64,000 nucleotides of DNA from contig JBMHDE010000026.1 in assembly GCA_049889555.1 (NCBI GenBank), positions 3,264-67,263 on the forward strand, read 5' to 3'. Shown here piece after piece: positions 45,674 through 54,871 of this stretch; position 1 is the first letter of the stretch; each line of letters opens with the position of its first letter. Origin of the DNA: Synechococcus sp. Lineage in GTDB: Bacteria > Cyanobacteriota > Cyanobacteriia > PCC-6307 > Cyanobiaceae. The notes below the pieces were generated by a model. That model was not told the DNA's origin. It was given only the letters and a program-made list of their open reading frames with translations, and did not search any database. The position numbers were made by a program, and so were the translations under genes.

Positions 45674-47350
45674 ATGAGCAGCGACCTTGGTACCGCCCTG
45701 ACGGAGAGCCTGAGCCGCATACTGCCGCCAGAGCTAGCAGCCACCGCGTTGGCAGCAACAACAAAGGAAACGACCGTCAAGAGCCAAACAACAGTCAAAA
45801 TCCAAACAGCCACCGTGATGACCCTCAGCGCAGCGCTGGAGCGGGGCGACCTGGGTTTGGATCTCAACAGCCCTCCACCCGAGGGGATCGACGACGGCCT
45901 ATGGCCGACGGGTGTCGTCAACTGCTTAACGGCGTGCGGCTGGCTGGTGGCCGCAAATGCACTGGACGAGAGCCCCAAGGCGCCGATCGTGCTGGACGGC
46001 CATTGGCTGCGCTGGCGACGGTGGCATTGCCATCTTCATCACTGCCTCGACCACCTGCTCAACCTCGGCGGCAGTGCTTTGCCACACGCTTTGTCAGACA
46101 CGCAACGCGATGCGGCATGCGCAACCGCCCTACAAGCGGGGCTTGATGACCAACAGACCAAGGCCGTGGTCGCAGTGTTGGAACACCGCCTGGTGTTGCT
46201 CACCGGTGGCCCAGGCACCGGCAAAACCTCCACGGTGGTGCAGATGCTGGCGGTAGCTCTGGCATCCAATCCAACCGTCCGGATTCAACTTGCCGCTCCC
46301 ACTGGCAAGGCAGCAGCCCGGCTCCAGCAAGCCGTCACCTCAGGGAGCAGGGCACTGAATACCGATGCCATGCATCAGCTCAGCAGGTTGCCAAGCAGCA
46401 CCCTGCATCGCTTACTCGATGCCCAAGGAGAGAACCGCTTTCGACACAACCGTCACCGGCCTCTGCCGCTGGATCTGCTGGTGGTGGATGAAGTCTCGAT
46501 GGTGGATTTGCTCTTGATGGAAGCGCTACTCGATGCCCTGCCAGACCATGCCCAGTTGCTGCTGGTGGGCGATCCCGATCAGCTACCTCCGGTGGGCCCT
46601 GGAGCTGTACTTCAAGAGTTAAACCAACCGCAGCACCGCCAACTGCTAGGACCTGCAGCCGTGGAACTGCAGACCACCTACCGCAACAACGGTGCCATCG
46701 CAGCTCTCGCCCACCAACTCCGCCAAAGCAATGGAGAGATCAGCAAAGCGCAACTCCGTCAGCTTCAGCCCAGCGACAACGTGCAATGGCTGGAGGCTGA
46801 ACGTCAGAGCATTCCAGGGTTGCTCCAAAACCAGCTCATCAACCATCAGCGGCGGCTGCGGTCGCTGGCCGTTGCGCTGCGCTGGCACAACGATCAACCC
46901 CACCCTGACGATGCCGACCTCCTACTGGAGGAACTTGACGCCTGGATCGCCCTGAGCCCAGTCCGACAGGGGCCCTGGGGGGTTGAACGGCTGAACCGCA
47001 TTGTTTTGGGGGATTGGAGTCGACAATCGGTGCAGCACTGGCCCGTAGGCACTCCAGTGCTCAACCGCCACAACCGCCCCGAGCAGGGGCTCGCCAATGG
47101 CGACATCGGTGTTGTGGTACAGCAAGAACGCGACATCCGCGTGCTTCTCCCCGGGCAGCGAATCCTCCACCCTGCTCAATTCACAGGGGCGGAACCAGCC
47201 TTTGCCATGACGATCCATAAATCCCAAGGCAGTCAATACGCCGAGGTGGCCTTGCTACTGCCGCCGGTCCGTCACCCAGATCCGCGGCTGACCTACACTG
47301 GGCTGACTCGAGCACGTCAGAAGGTTCTGCTGATCACCCCTCAAGACTGA
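45674..47350 (+). CDS. recD: exodeoxyribonuclease V alpha subunit
   Basis: 558 aa. LLTGGPGTGKTS, LLVVDEVSMVD, LVGDPDQLPPVG, MTIHKSQGSQ. Confidence 0.9.
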   Translation: MSSDLGTALTESLSRILPPELAATALAATTKETTVKSQTTVKIQTATVMTLSAALERGDLGLDLNSPPPEGIDDGLWPTGVVNCLTACGWLVAANALDESPKAPIVLDGHWLRWRRWHCHLHHCLDHLLNLGGSALPHALSDTQRDAACATALQAGLDDQQTKAVVAVLEHRLVLLTGGPGTGKTSTVVQMLAVALASNPTVRIQLAAPTGKAAARLQQAVTSGSRALNTDAMHQLSRLPSSTLHRLLDAQGENRFRHNRHRPLPLDLLVVDEVSMVDLLLMEALLDALPDHAQLLLVGDPDQLPPVGPGAVLQELNQPQHRQLLGPAAVELQTTYRNNGAIAALAHQLRQSNGEISKAQLRQLQPSDNVQWLEAERQSIPGLLQNQLINHQRRLRSLAVALRWHNDQPHPDDADLLLEELDAWIALSPVRQGPWGVERLNRIVLGDWSRQSVQHWPVGTPVLNRHNRPEQGLANGDIGVVVQQERDIRVLLPGQRILHPAQFTGAEPAFAMTIHKSQGSQYAEVALLLPPVRHPDPRLTYTGLTRARQKVLLITPQD

Positions 47351-47405
47351 CCCCCCTGGCCAGCAGACGACAGCCTCGCCATGCTGACAACGTTGCAGGG
47401 CTCCA

Positions 47406-47762
47406 GTGGCAACAACAAACAGGCAAACCATCCGACCCTGGGGCTGGCATGAGGAGGTCCTCCAAGGCCATAGATACAAACTCAAACGCCTTTGGCTCAA
47501 CCCTGGACAACGGTTGAGCTTGCAACGCCATCACCATCGCAGCGAGACTTGGACGGTTGCTGAGGGGCATGGCTCCCTGTTGTGCAACAACACCTGGAGT
47601 GAGGCCAGCACCGGCAGCACGCTCCACATCCCATGCGGTGCTGTGCATCGAGCCAAGGCGGGTAATCAGGGACTCCTGCTCATCGAGGTTCAGCATGGTG
47701 CGGTGCTGAGCGAAGACGATATCGAACGTCTTGAAGATGACTACGGCCGAGTGTTAAGTTGA
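47406..47762 (+). CDS. cupin-domain protein (type II phosphomannose isomerase C-terminal-like)
   Basis: RPWGW.E.....YK.KRL...PGQRLSLQRHHHRSETW.V..G... is typical of the mannose-6-phosphate isomerase type II cupin. Confidence 0.7.
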   Translation: MATTNRQTIRPWGWHEEVLQGHRYKLKRLWLNPGQRLSLQRHHHRSETWTVAEGHGSLLCNNTWSEASTGSTLHIPCGAVHRAKAGNQGLLLIEVQHGAVLSEDDIERLEDDYGRVLS

Positions 47763-47866
47763 TTAAACAACCTTGAAAGAAAAGGCACGCAATCAGATCA
47801 GCTTCGGCTGTGTTGGACTTTGTCGGCCTGACTGGAAGGGATTCATCAGGCCACTGCCTTTTCAAC

Positions 47867-49708
47867 ATGACTCAGAGTGCATCGCACGGTGATTTCGCCT
47901 GCTCAGTCGACCTCAGCAGTGCTGACGTCAAAGCGGCTGACGCGAAACCTGTGAACAAAACAGCACCCCATGCCGCTGAGGCTGGGCAAGACGAGGTCTT
48001 CACCACCGTGATCGAAGCCACGACTGAAGAATCCTCCGGCTTCGCTGGTTTCGGCTTCAGCGAAGTGCTGATTAAAACGTTGAGCGATAAGGGCTACAAG
48101 GAACCTTCGCCGATTCAGGCCGCCGCCTTCCCAGAGCTCATGTTGGGACGCGACCTGGTGGGCCAAGCGCAAACCGGCACAGGCAAAACAGCAGCCTTCG
48201 CTCTGCCCCTGCTCGAACGTCTGGAAAAGGATGCCTCCAAACCCCAAGCGCTCGTGCTTGCTCCCACCAGGGAATTGGCGATGCAGGTGGCTGAGTCATT
48301 CAAGGCGTATGCCGCCGGCCATCCCCACCTGAATGTGCTCGCCATCTACGGCGGATCCGATTTCCGTTCTCAGATCCATGCCCTCAAACGCGGTGTAGAT
48401 GTGGTAGTGGGCACCCCCGGGCGCGTGATGGATCACATGCGCCAAGGGACACTCAACACGAGCGGATTGCGCAGCTTGGTGCTGGATGAAGCCGATGAAA
48501 TGCTGCGGATGGGATTCATCGACGATGTCGAATGGATTCTCGATCAATTGCCGGAAGAGCGCCAAGTGGTGTTGTTCTCCGCCACGATGCCGTCGGAGAT
48601 TCGCCGCCTTTCCAAGCGCTATCTGCGGGAGCCGGCAGAAATCACGATCAAAACCAAAGACACAGAAGCCCGCAGGATTCGCCAGCGCTGCATCACCCTC
48701 CAAAACAGCCACAAACTTGAAGCGCTGAACAGGGTTCTTGAGGCCGTCACGGGTGAAGGCGTGATCATTTTTGCCCGCACCAAGGCGATCACCTTGAACG
48801 TGTCGGAATCCCTTGAAGCCGCTGGTCATGACGTTGCTGTGCTGAATGGTGACGTGCCACAAAACCAACGGGAACGCACCGTTGAACGACTGCGCAAAGG
48901 AACGGTCAACATTCTCGTGGCGACGGATGTGGCAGCTCGAGGTCTGGATGTTGATCGCATTGGTTTGGTGATCAACTACGACATGCCCTTCGACAGCGAG
49001 GCCTACGTGCACCGCATCGGTCGCACGGGCCGTGCCGGTCGCACCGGTGAAGCCATCCTGTTTGTCACACCGCGCGAGCGCCGGTTCGTCAACAACCTGG
49101 AGCGGGCTGTTGGTCAGGAGATCGAGTCAATGGCCATCCCCAGCAACACTGAAATCAACCAATCGCGACTCGACAAGCTGCGTCAACGTCTCACCGAAGC
49201 AGCCACTGGTGATCCGGGCCAATCCGATGAAGCTGTTCTGCTGCAAGAACTGCTGCAGCGCGTGGGCCAAGAGCACAACCTCGCCCCCTCACGTCTGGCC
49301 CTTGCTGCCCTCACGCTTGCCGTGGGCGACGGGCCGCTCTTGGTGCAAGGCGATGAAAGCTGGCTTCAGAACAGTGGCCGCCAGCGGTTTGATCGCCGCG
49401 ATGGTCGCGACGGACGGGACGGTCGCATTGGTGACCGCCGCAGACCCGAACGGGCCTCACGTCCCCCGGAAGACAACATGGAGCGGTTCCGTGTGGAAGT
49501 GGGCCATCGCGATCGCGTCAAGCCCGGCAATCTGGTGGGTGCAATCGCCAATGAATCCGGCCTGCAGGGCCGCATGATCGGTCGGATCCAGATTTTTGAG
49601 TCCCACAGTTTTGTGGACCTTCCCAAAGGAATGCCCCAAGATGTTTTTAACTCCCTGAAACGCCTCAAGGTGATGAACAGGGAATTGCAAATCCGTCCCA
49701 CCACCTGA
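47867..49708 (+). CDS. deaD: DEAD-box RNA helicase (DeaD/CsdA-like, with DbpA-type C-terminal RNA-binding domain)
   Basis: Q-motif GYKEPSPIQ, AQTGTGKT, DEAD (LVLDEADEML), SAT, HRIGRTGRAG, an RDG-repeat linker, and the C-terminal ..FRVEVGHRDRVKPGNLVGAIANE. Start placed at ATG 47867. Confidence 0.9.
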   Translation: MTQSASHGDFACSVDLSSADVKAADAKPVNKTAPHAAEAGQDEVFTTVIEATTEESSGFAGFGFSEVLIKTLSDKGYKEPSPIQAAAFPELMLGRDLVGQAQTGTGKTAAFALPLLERLEKDASKPQALVLAPTRELAMQVAESFKAYAAGHPHLNVLAIYGGSDFRSQIHALKRGVDVVVGTPGRVMDHMRQGTLNTSGLRSLVLDEADEMLRMGFIDDVEWILDQLPEERQVVLFSATMPSEIRRLSKRYLREPAEITIKTKDTEARRIRQRCITLQNSHKLEALNRVLEAVTGEGVIIFARTKAITLNVSESLEAAGHDVAVLNGDVPQNQRERTVERLRKGTVNILVATDVAARGLDVDRIGLVINYDMPFDSEAYVHRIGRTGRAGRTGEAILFVTPRERRFVNNLERAVGQEIESMAIPSNTEINQSRLDKLRQRLTEAATGDPGQSDEAVLLQELLQRVGQEHNLAPSRLALAALTLAVGDGPLLVQGDESWLQNSGRQRFDRRDGRDGRDGRIGDRRRPERASRPPEDNMERFRVEVGHRDRVKPGNLVGAIANESGLQGRMIGRIQIFESHSFVDLPKGMPQDVFNSLKRLKVMNRELQIRPTT

Positions 49709-49713
49709 TCCTG

Positions 49714-50004
49714 ATGGCACCACGCATCTCGTTATCGCTTTCGTCGAGTCTGGTGCCTTTGAGCCTGGCACTGGTCACAGCAACAACATCAGGCCCCGTT
49801 CGCGCAGCCGACGATCAAGGCCTGATCACCCAATTCTGTTTGGCCAGTTTCAACGCAGCGATGGCGAGTGCCGGCAAAACACCCCCTCCCGGCATGGGTC
49901 CATTCACGTGCAGCTGCTTCTTGGATGAGGTGCAGAACAGTGCGTCAATTGATGCGGCCCAAAGCACTTGCAAAGCTAAGGCAGCCTCCCGCTACTCGAT
50001 TTGA
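49714..50004 (+). CDS. small exported Cys-containing protein
   Basis: 96 aa. Signal peptide ..LVPLSLALVTATTSGPVRA and 4 Cys in the mature part. No domain recognised. Confidence 0.5.
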   Translation: MAPRISLSLSSSLVPLSLALVTATTSGPVRAADDQGLITQFCLASFNAAMASAGKTPPPGMGPFTCSCFLDEVQNSASIDAAQSTCKAKAASRYSI

Positions 50005-50091
50005 GCCCCTGGTTGTCGTCTCACCAAAGCCTTGCTCAATCGCTGCAAAAATCCAAAACCGCCCACATCGGGCTGTAGCGTGGGCAAGCAT

Positions 50092-50154
50092 CAGCTTCAG
50101 CGTTCGGCTCTGATCGGCTCGCTCCCCCAGGCTTCAGCTCACCAGCTTCAGCGT
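50092..50154 (+). repeat. repeated CAGCTTCAGCGT / GCTTCAGC motif in the rbp leader
   Basis: CAGCTTCAGCGT at 50092-50103 and 50143-50154. The core GCTTCAGC occurs a third time at 50131-50138. Confidence 0.85.
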
Positions 50155-50216
50155 CAAGGACTTCCTTTCTGGACCACGACTTCACTGATCACACACGTCC
50201 AACGGTCCCCACAGGA

Positions 50217-50540
50217 ATGACCATTTACATCGGCAACCTCTCCTTCCAGGCTGAGCAGGAAGACCTGCTTGACCTGTTCAGCCAATACGGTGAAGTGAAG
50301 AGCGCCAGCCTTCCCCTCGACCGCGAAACAGGCCGCAAGCGTGGCTTTGGCTTCGTGGAAATGTCCAATGATGCTGATGAGCACAAAGCCATCGACGATC
50401 TCCAGAACGTTGAATGGATGGGTCGCATGATCCGCGTTAACAAAGCAACCCCCCGTGAGCGCACCGGTGGTGGTGGCGGCCGTGGTGGCTACGGCGGTGG
50501 TGGCGGCGGTTATGCCGGTGGCGGTGGCAACCACTGGTGA
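50217..50540 (+). CDS. RRM-type RNA-binding protein with Gly-rich tail (cyanobacterial Rbp, class I)
   Basis: RNP2 IYIGNL, RNP1 KRGFGFVEM, C-terminal GGGGGRGGYGGGGGGYAGGGG. Confidence 0.9.
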   Translation: MTIYIGNLSFQAEQEDLLDLFSQYGEVKSASLPLDRETGRKRGFGFVEMSNDADEHKAIDDLQNVEWMGRMIRVNKATPRERTGGGGGRGGYGGGGGGYAGGGGNHW

Positions 50541-50589
50541 GCAAAACGCTCTCCACCCTTCATTGACGCATCATCAGTGCAGTCAGGTC

Positions 50590-50618
50590 AGGCCACCAGC
50601 GCAAGCGGTGGCCTTTTT
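50590..50618 (+). terminator. rho-independent terminator after the rbp gene
   Basis: AGGCCACC-agcgcaagc-GGTGGCCT followed by a T run (50614-50618). Confidence 0.7.
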
Positions 50619-50650
50619 GATTGACATGATCATCGAGCCAACCTGAGCGC

Positions 50651-50848
50651 TCAATCCAGCGACGCAAGATCTGCTTTTAAATCAGCCTCAGCGCAACGCT
50701 TCATGAGTCGCTCAGAAACATCCAACTGATCCTCCTGCTCAGGACGATCAGTACGGAGATGGGGAAGCATGGAACGCAACCCATGGCGACGCTTGCGCGC
50801 GACAAACCTGCGAAAACGGTTGATCGAACGGGAACGGGTCATCAACAC
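50651..50848 (-). CDS. questionable small ORF (basic N-terminus, acidic C-terminus)
   Basis: 65-aa ORF. It competes with the 5' extension of the ABC exporter ORF on the opposite strand. T-ending codons (cgt, gat) are atypical for this genome. Confidence 0.25.
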   Translation of the reverse strand: MLMTRSRSINRFRRFVARKRRHGLRSMLPHLRTDRPEQEDQLDVSERLMKRCAEADLKADLASLD

Positions 50849-52720
50849 CTCATCGATCTCCTCATAGATTTAGACCTGTTGGATACGGAAAACAGTTCAC
50901 TCGCAACACAACGATTGAATCCGTCCAACTCCACCCTCCAACGACTGCTGCGGCATCTGCACCCCCATCGGCGCCTTGTGGCCTGGGCGGCCTTGTGTTC
51001 TGTCTTGAACAAGGTCTTCGATCTAGCCCCACCGGTGCTGATTGCCCTTGCCGTTGATGTGCTGGCCTCCAGCACCCTCGATCAGCGACAAACCGCGTGG
51101 CTTGCCCAGCTTGGAGCCAACAATGTGCCCAGCCAACTGGTCGTGCTGGCGGTGCTCTCGTTCCTGGTCTGGAGCACTGAATCGTTATTTGAATACCTCT
51201 ACGGCATTCTTTGGCGCAATCTCGCCCAAACCACCCAACACAGCATTCGCCTCGATGCTTACGGCCACCTCCAGAACCTGGAGATGGAGTTTTTCGAACA
51301 CGACAGCAGCGGCAGACTGCTCACCGTTCTGAATGACGACATCAATCAACTGGAGCGCTTTCTCGATCGAGGGGCTAACGAGATCCTCCAGCTGATCACC
51401 ACGGTGGCGCTAGTGGGTGGTGCGATGGCACTTCTCGCTCCAGGTGTGGCCGTGTTTGCCTATCTGCCAATCCCGGTGATCCTCTGGGGGTCACTCCAGT
51501 TCCAACGCCGCCTCGCACCCCGCTATCGGGAGGTGCGAGATCAGGCCGGCAACCTCGGAGCACGACTGGCCAACAATCTGAGCGGAATGCTCACGATTAA
51601 AAGTTTCACGGCCGAACGTTGGGAACTCAACCAGCTCAAATACGACAGCGATGCCTACCGCTTGAGTAACCGTCGTGCCATTCGTCTATCAGCGGCATTC
51701 ATTCCTCTGATTCGTTTTGCCATCCTTTTCGCCTTCATTGCCATCCTCCTGATTGGTGGTCTGCAGACCTGGCGGGGTGAACTGTCCATCGGGGTCTACA
51801 GCTTTCTGGTGTTCATCACCCAGCGCCTGCTCTGGCCCCTCACCACCTTGGGGCGCACCCTGGACGACTACCAGCGTTCGATGGCGTCGACACGACGCGT
51901 TTTGGATCTCATTGATACACCGATTCGGATCCACAGCGGTCCGCGGCGACTCGATCCTCTGCAAGTCCGCGGTGCCATCCGCTACGACAAAGTCGCTTTT
52001 CGTTATCGCGACCGCGAGCTGCTCCTCGACGCGTTCTCATTGGAGGTGGAGGCTGGTCAAACCATCGGCATCGTCGGTTCAACAGGATCGGGGAAAAGCA
52101 CACTGGTCAAGCTGCTGTTACGCCTCTACCCCCTTGATGGGGGCAACATCTTCCTCGACGACATCCCGATCGATACCCTCGATTTGGATGATCTCAGGCG
52201 CAGCATCGCCTTGGTCAGCCAGGACGTCTATCTCTTCCACGGCAGTGTGGCGGCCAATATTGCCTATGGCTGTCCGGAGGCGACACGTGATGCCGTTGTT
52301 GATGCAGCCCGGCTAGCGGAAGCCCATCACTTCATTTCCTTGCTCCCGGAGGGCTACGACACCGTGGTCGGGGAACGGGGGCAAAGGCTGTCCGGCGGTC
52401 AGCGTCAACGCATTGCCTTGGCCCGAGCGATTCTTAAAAATGCACCGATCTTGGTGCTTGATGAAGCCACTGCTGCCGTCGACAACGAAACAGAAGCAGC
52501 CATCCAACGCTCATTGATGCAAATCACCGCCAACCGCACCACAGTTGTGATTGCTCACCGCCTCAGTACTGTGCGACACGCTGATCGCATCATCGTCCTG
52601 GACCACGGGCGCATTGTTCAGCAGGGGCAGCATGACAAGTTGCTGCGCCAGGGCGGTGCCTATGCAGACCTGTGGCGGGTCCAAGCCGGTTTGCGTCCGA
52701 ACGAAGCATTGGTGCTGTGA
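50759..52720 (+). CDS. ABC exporter, fused permease/ATPase (MsbA/MdlB-like)
   Basis: Six-helix TMD followed by an NBD (GSTGSGKST, LSGGQRQRIALARA, LVLDEATAAVD). The start is uncertain: ATG 50759 or 50783 give an unusually long N-terminus, and in-frame TTG 50879 gives a typical one. Confidence 0.85.
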   Translation: MGKHGTQPMATLARDKPAKTVDRTGTGHQHLIDLLIDLDLLDTENSSLATQRLNPSNSTLQRLLRHLHPHRRLVAWAALCSVLNKVFDLAPPVLIALAVDVLASSTLDQRQTAWLAQLGANNVPSQLVVLAVLSFLVWSTESLFEYLYGILWRNLAQTTQHSIRLDAYGHLQNLEMEFFEHDSSGRLLTVLNDDINQLERFLDRGANEILQLITTVALVGGAMALLAPGVAVFAYLPIPVILWGSLQFQRRLAPRYREVRDQAGNLGARLANNLSGMLTIKSFTAERWELNQLKYDSDAYRLSNRRAIRLSAAFIPLIRFAILFAFIAILLIGGLQTWRGELSIGVYSFLVFITQRLLWPLTTLGRTLDDYQRSMASTRRVLDLIDTPIRIHSGPRRLDPLQVRGAIRYDKVAFRYRDRELLLDAFSLEVEAGQTIGIVGSTGSGKSTLVKLLLRLYPLDGGNIFLDDIPIDTLDLDDLRRSIALVSQDVYLFHGSVAANIAYGCPEATRDAVVDAARLAEAHHFISLLPEGYDTVVGERGQRLSGGQRQRIALARAILKNAPILVLDEATAAVDNETEAAIQRSLMQITANRTTVVIAHRLSTVRHADRIIVLDHGRIVQQGQHDKLLRQGGAYADLWRVQAGLRPNEALVL

Positions 52721-52770
52721 GCTCAATCACTGTCGGTTCAGCCACGGTCGGTGCAAACCTCACGCACCTG

Positions 52771-54846
52771 ATGCACAACCCCATGGGCATCTTTGCGTTG
52801 TTGGTTGCCATCACCGTGGTGGTGCCCCCGGTGTTTCGAAAACTCGGCTTGCCCGACCTCGTGGGGCTGTTGCTAGCTGGCGTGCTGACAGGTCCGCACG
52901 TTCTGGGCTGGCTGCAACCAGACACGGAAACCATCAGCCTGCTCTCTGACATTGGAGCGATCTACCTCCTGTTCACCGTCGGGCTGGAAATCGACCTGGA
53001 GGACTTCAAGCGCGTCCGCAATCGCTCGATGGTGTTCGGGGCGGCGACCTTCGTGATTGGCGCCGCAACAGGCATTGCCATTGGCTTGCTGTTCAACTTC
53101 CAGCTCGTCCCCTGCCTGCTGATGGGAGCACTGATGGCATCCCACACACCCCTGGGTTACCCCATTGTGCGCAGCTACGGCGCACAACGCGATGAATCGG
53201 TCATCTTGAGCGTCGGCAGCACCATCCTCACCGACATCGCAGCACTGATGCTGCTAGCCATTGGCCTTGGGATGGGACAAGGCAATCTCACGGCCCTGGG
53301 CTTCACAACCCTGCTGATCAGCATCAGCGTGTTCGCCATCACGGTGGTGTTTGGAATACGCGCCCTAGGCCGTCAGCTCTGGATGCGACGCATCTCTGAT
53401 GAAAACAGAGTGTTCCTAGCGGTCATTCTGGCCCTGTTCATTGCCTCACTTGGCGCCGAACTGGCAGGGATCGAAAAAATTGTAGGGGCCTTCTTGGCGG
53501 GTTTAGCCGTCAATTCCGTCCTGCCGGAAGGCAAAGCAAAGGAACTGGTGATCTTCGTGGGTGGCGCCCTGTTCATCCCGATTTTCTTTATCGACCTGGG
53601 CCTCCTGCTTGATCTCAACAGCATCGGTGCCAGCCTCAGCACCTTCAAGTTCACCGGACTGATGCTGGTCGGAGCCCTTGGCTGCAAGGGCGTTGCAGCC
53701 CTACTCGCCGGGCGCTGGTTCCAGTACAGCAGACACCAGATGCTGATGATTTGGTCGCTCACCATGCCAAAAGTGGCGGCCACCCTGGCGACCGCATTCA
53801 TTGGCTATCAGGCAGGGCTACTACCAGCCATTGTTCTCAACAGCGTGCTGGTGTTGATGGTGGTCACGGCCACCCTCGGGCCGATGCTCACCGCCCGCTC
53901 CGTGACCCGTCTGGTCGAACCCCATGCCACAGACGACGGAACAACCCAACCCAACCATCAAGCGTTCATCACCGGAGACCAACCCGATGAAGTGATGGGT
54001 CGCCCACTGCGCATCGTGGTGCCCGTGGCCAATCCCTCCACAGAGCAGGGACTGCTCAACCTGGCGTCGCGGCTCTTGAGCGGCAGTGGTGGCCATGCTG
54101 GCCAACTGCTTCCTTTAGCCCTGGTCTCCCCCAGTCTGGAAGAGGCCAGAGGCGGATTGAACCGCGCAATCGCTGCTGCACGTTCACGGCTGGATGAGGC
54201 CGAACGCATTGGCCGGCAACAGCATGTGTCTACCCGCACCCTGCTGCGATTGGATGAAGACATTGCTGGAGGGATGAGCCGCACTGCCCTTGAGCAAGGA
54301 GCCGATCTGCTGCTGATGGGTGCCGGTCGGCCAGACAAGCTGCGCAACTGGCTGTTTGGTGATCTGGTGGATGGGGTCTGCCGCAGCGCCCACTGCCCAG
54401 TCTTAGTCGCCAATCTGGGGAAGCGACCGATGGAGCAGCTTCATCGCATTCTGGTGCCGATCAAAGATCTCTCCGCCAGCGCGCGCGAGCAATTTGAACT
54501 GGCTTTACGGCTGACGGCCTCATGCGCTGATCAACAAACGACCCAGATCACCCTTCTGCACATCCATGATCCCCGCTATGACCACCACGATCGAGAATGG
54601 ATGGAACAAGAACTCAGCCGCTGGCAACCCCCAGGAACCATCACCGCCCGCATCAGCATCGAACTGGTTCAAGGTCCAGGGATCAATCACACAATCCAAG
54701 GGCGAGCTGCTAAACACAACTTGGTCATTCTTCGTTCCCAGCGCCGCAGGGTGGCTGGTCTGCCGATTACCGCTAGTGACCGCACAAACCGGCTTGTGAG
54801 TCAATTGACCTGTCCCTCGATTGTGATCAGCGAACCGCTGCTGTGA
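52771..54846 (+). CDS. CPA2-family cation:proton antiporter fused to two C-terminal universal-stress-protein (Usp) domains
   Basis: About 12 TM helices (FRKLGLPDLVGLLLAGVLTGP..) followed by two Usp-like units (RIVVPVANP..LLLMGAG..CPVLV and RILVPIKDL..NLVILRS..CPSIVI). Start placed at ATG 52771. Confidence 0.8.
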   Translation: MHNPMGIFALLVAITVVVPPVFRKLGLPDLVGLLLAGVLTGPHVLGWLQPDTETISLLSDIGAIYLLFTVGLEIDLEDFKRVRNRSMVFGAATFVIGAATGIAIGLLFNFQLVPCLLMGALMASHTPLGYPIVRSYGAQRDESVILSVGSTILTDIAALMLLAIGLGMGQGNLTALGFTTLLISISVFAITVVFGIRALGRQLWMRRISDENRVFLAVILALFIASLGAELAGIEKIVGAFLAGLAVNSVLPEGKAKELVIFVGGALFIPIFFIDLGLLLDLNSIGASLSTFKFTGLMLVGALGCKGVAALLAGRWFQYSRHQMLMIWSLTMPKVAATLATAFIGYQAGLLPAIVLNSVLVLMVVTATLGPMLTARSVTRLVEPHATDDGTTQPNHQAFITGDQPDEVMGRPLRIVVPVANPSTEQGLLNLASRLLSGSGGHAGQLLPLALVSPSLEEARGGLNRAIAAARSRLDEAERIGRQQHVSTRTLLRLDEDIAGGMSRTALEQGADLLLMGAGRPDKLRNWLFGDLVDGVCRSAHCPVLVANLGKRPMEQLHRILVPIKDLSASAREQFELALRLTASCADQQTTQITLLHIHDPRYDHHDREWMEQELSRWQPPGTITARISIELVQGPGINHTIQGRAAKHNLVILRSQRRRVAGLPITASDRTNRLVSQLTCPSIVISEPLL

Positions 54847-54871
54847 TGCAACGGGAGCTCGACGTTTTTTT

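Noticed and set aside
45650-45676. Direct repeat ACAGCCATGAG at the recB stop and the recD start
   Set aside because: It is an 11-nt duplication spanning a gene junction. It is most simply a local duplication that creates the recD start context, with no further structure.
48296-49012. 238-aa minus-strand ORF inside the DEAD-box helicase gene
   Set aside because: It is antisense to a gene containing all helicase motifs in order, and its product is low-complexity.
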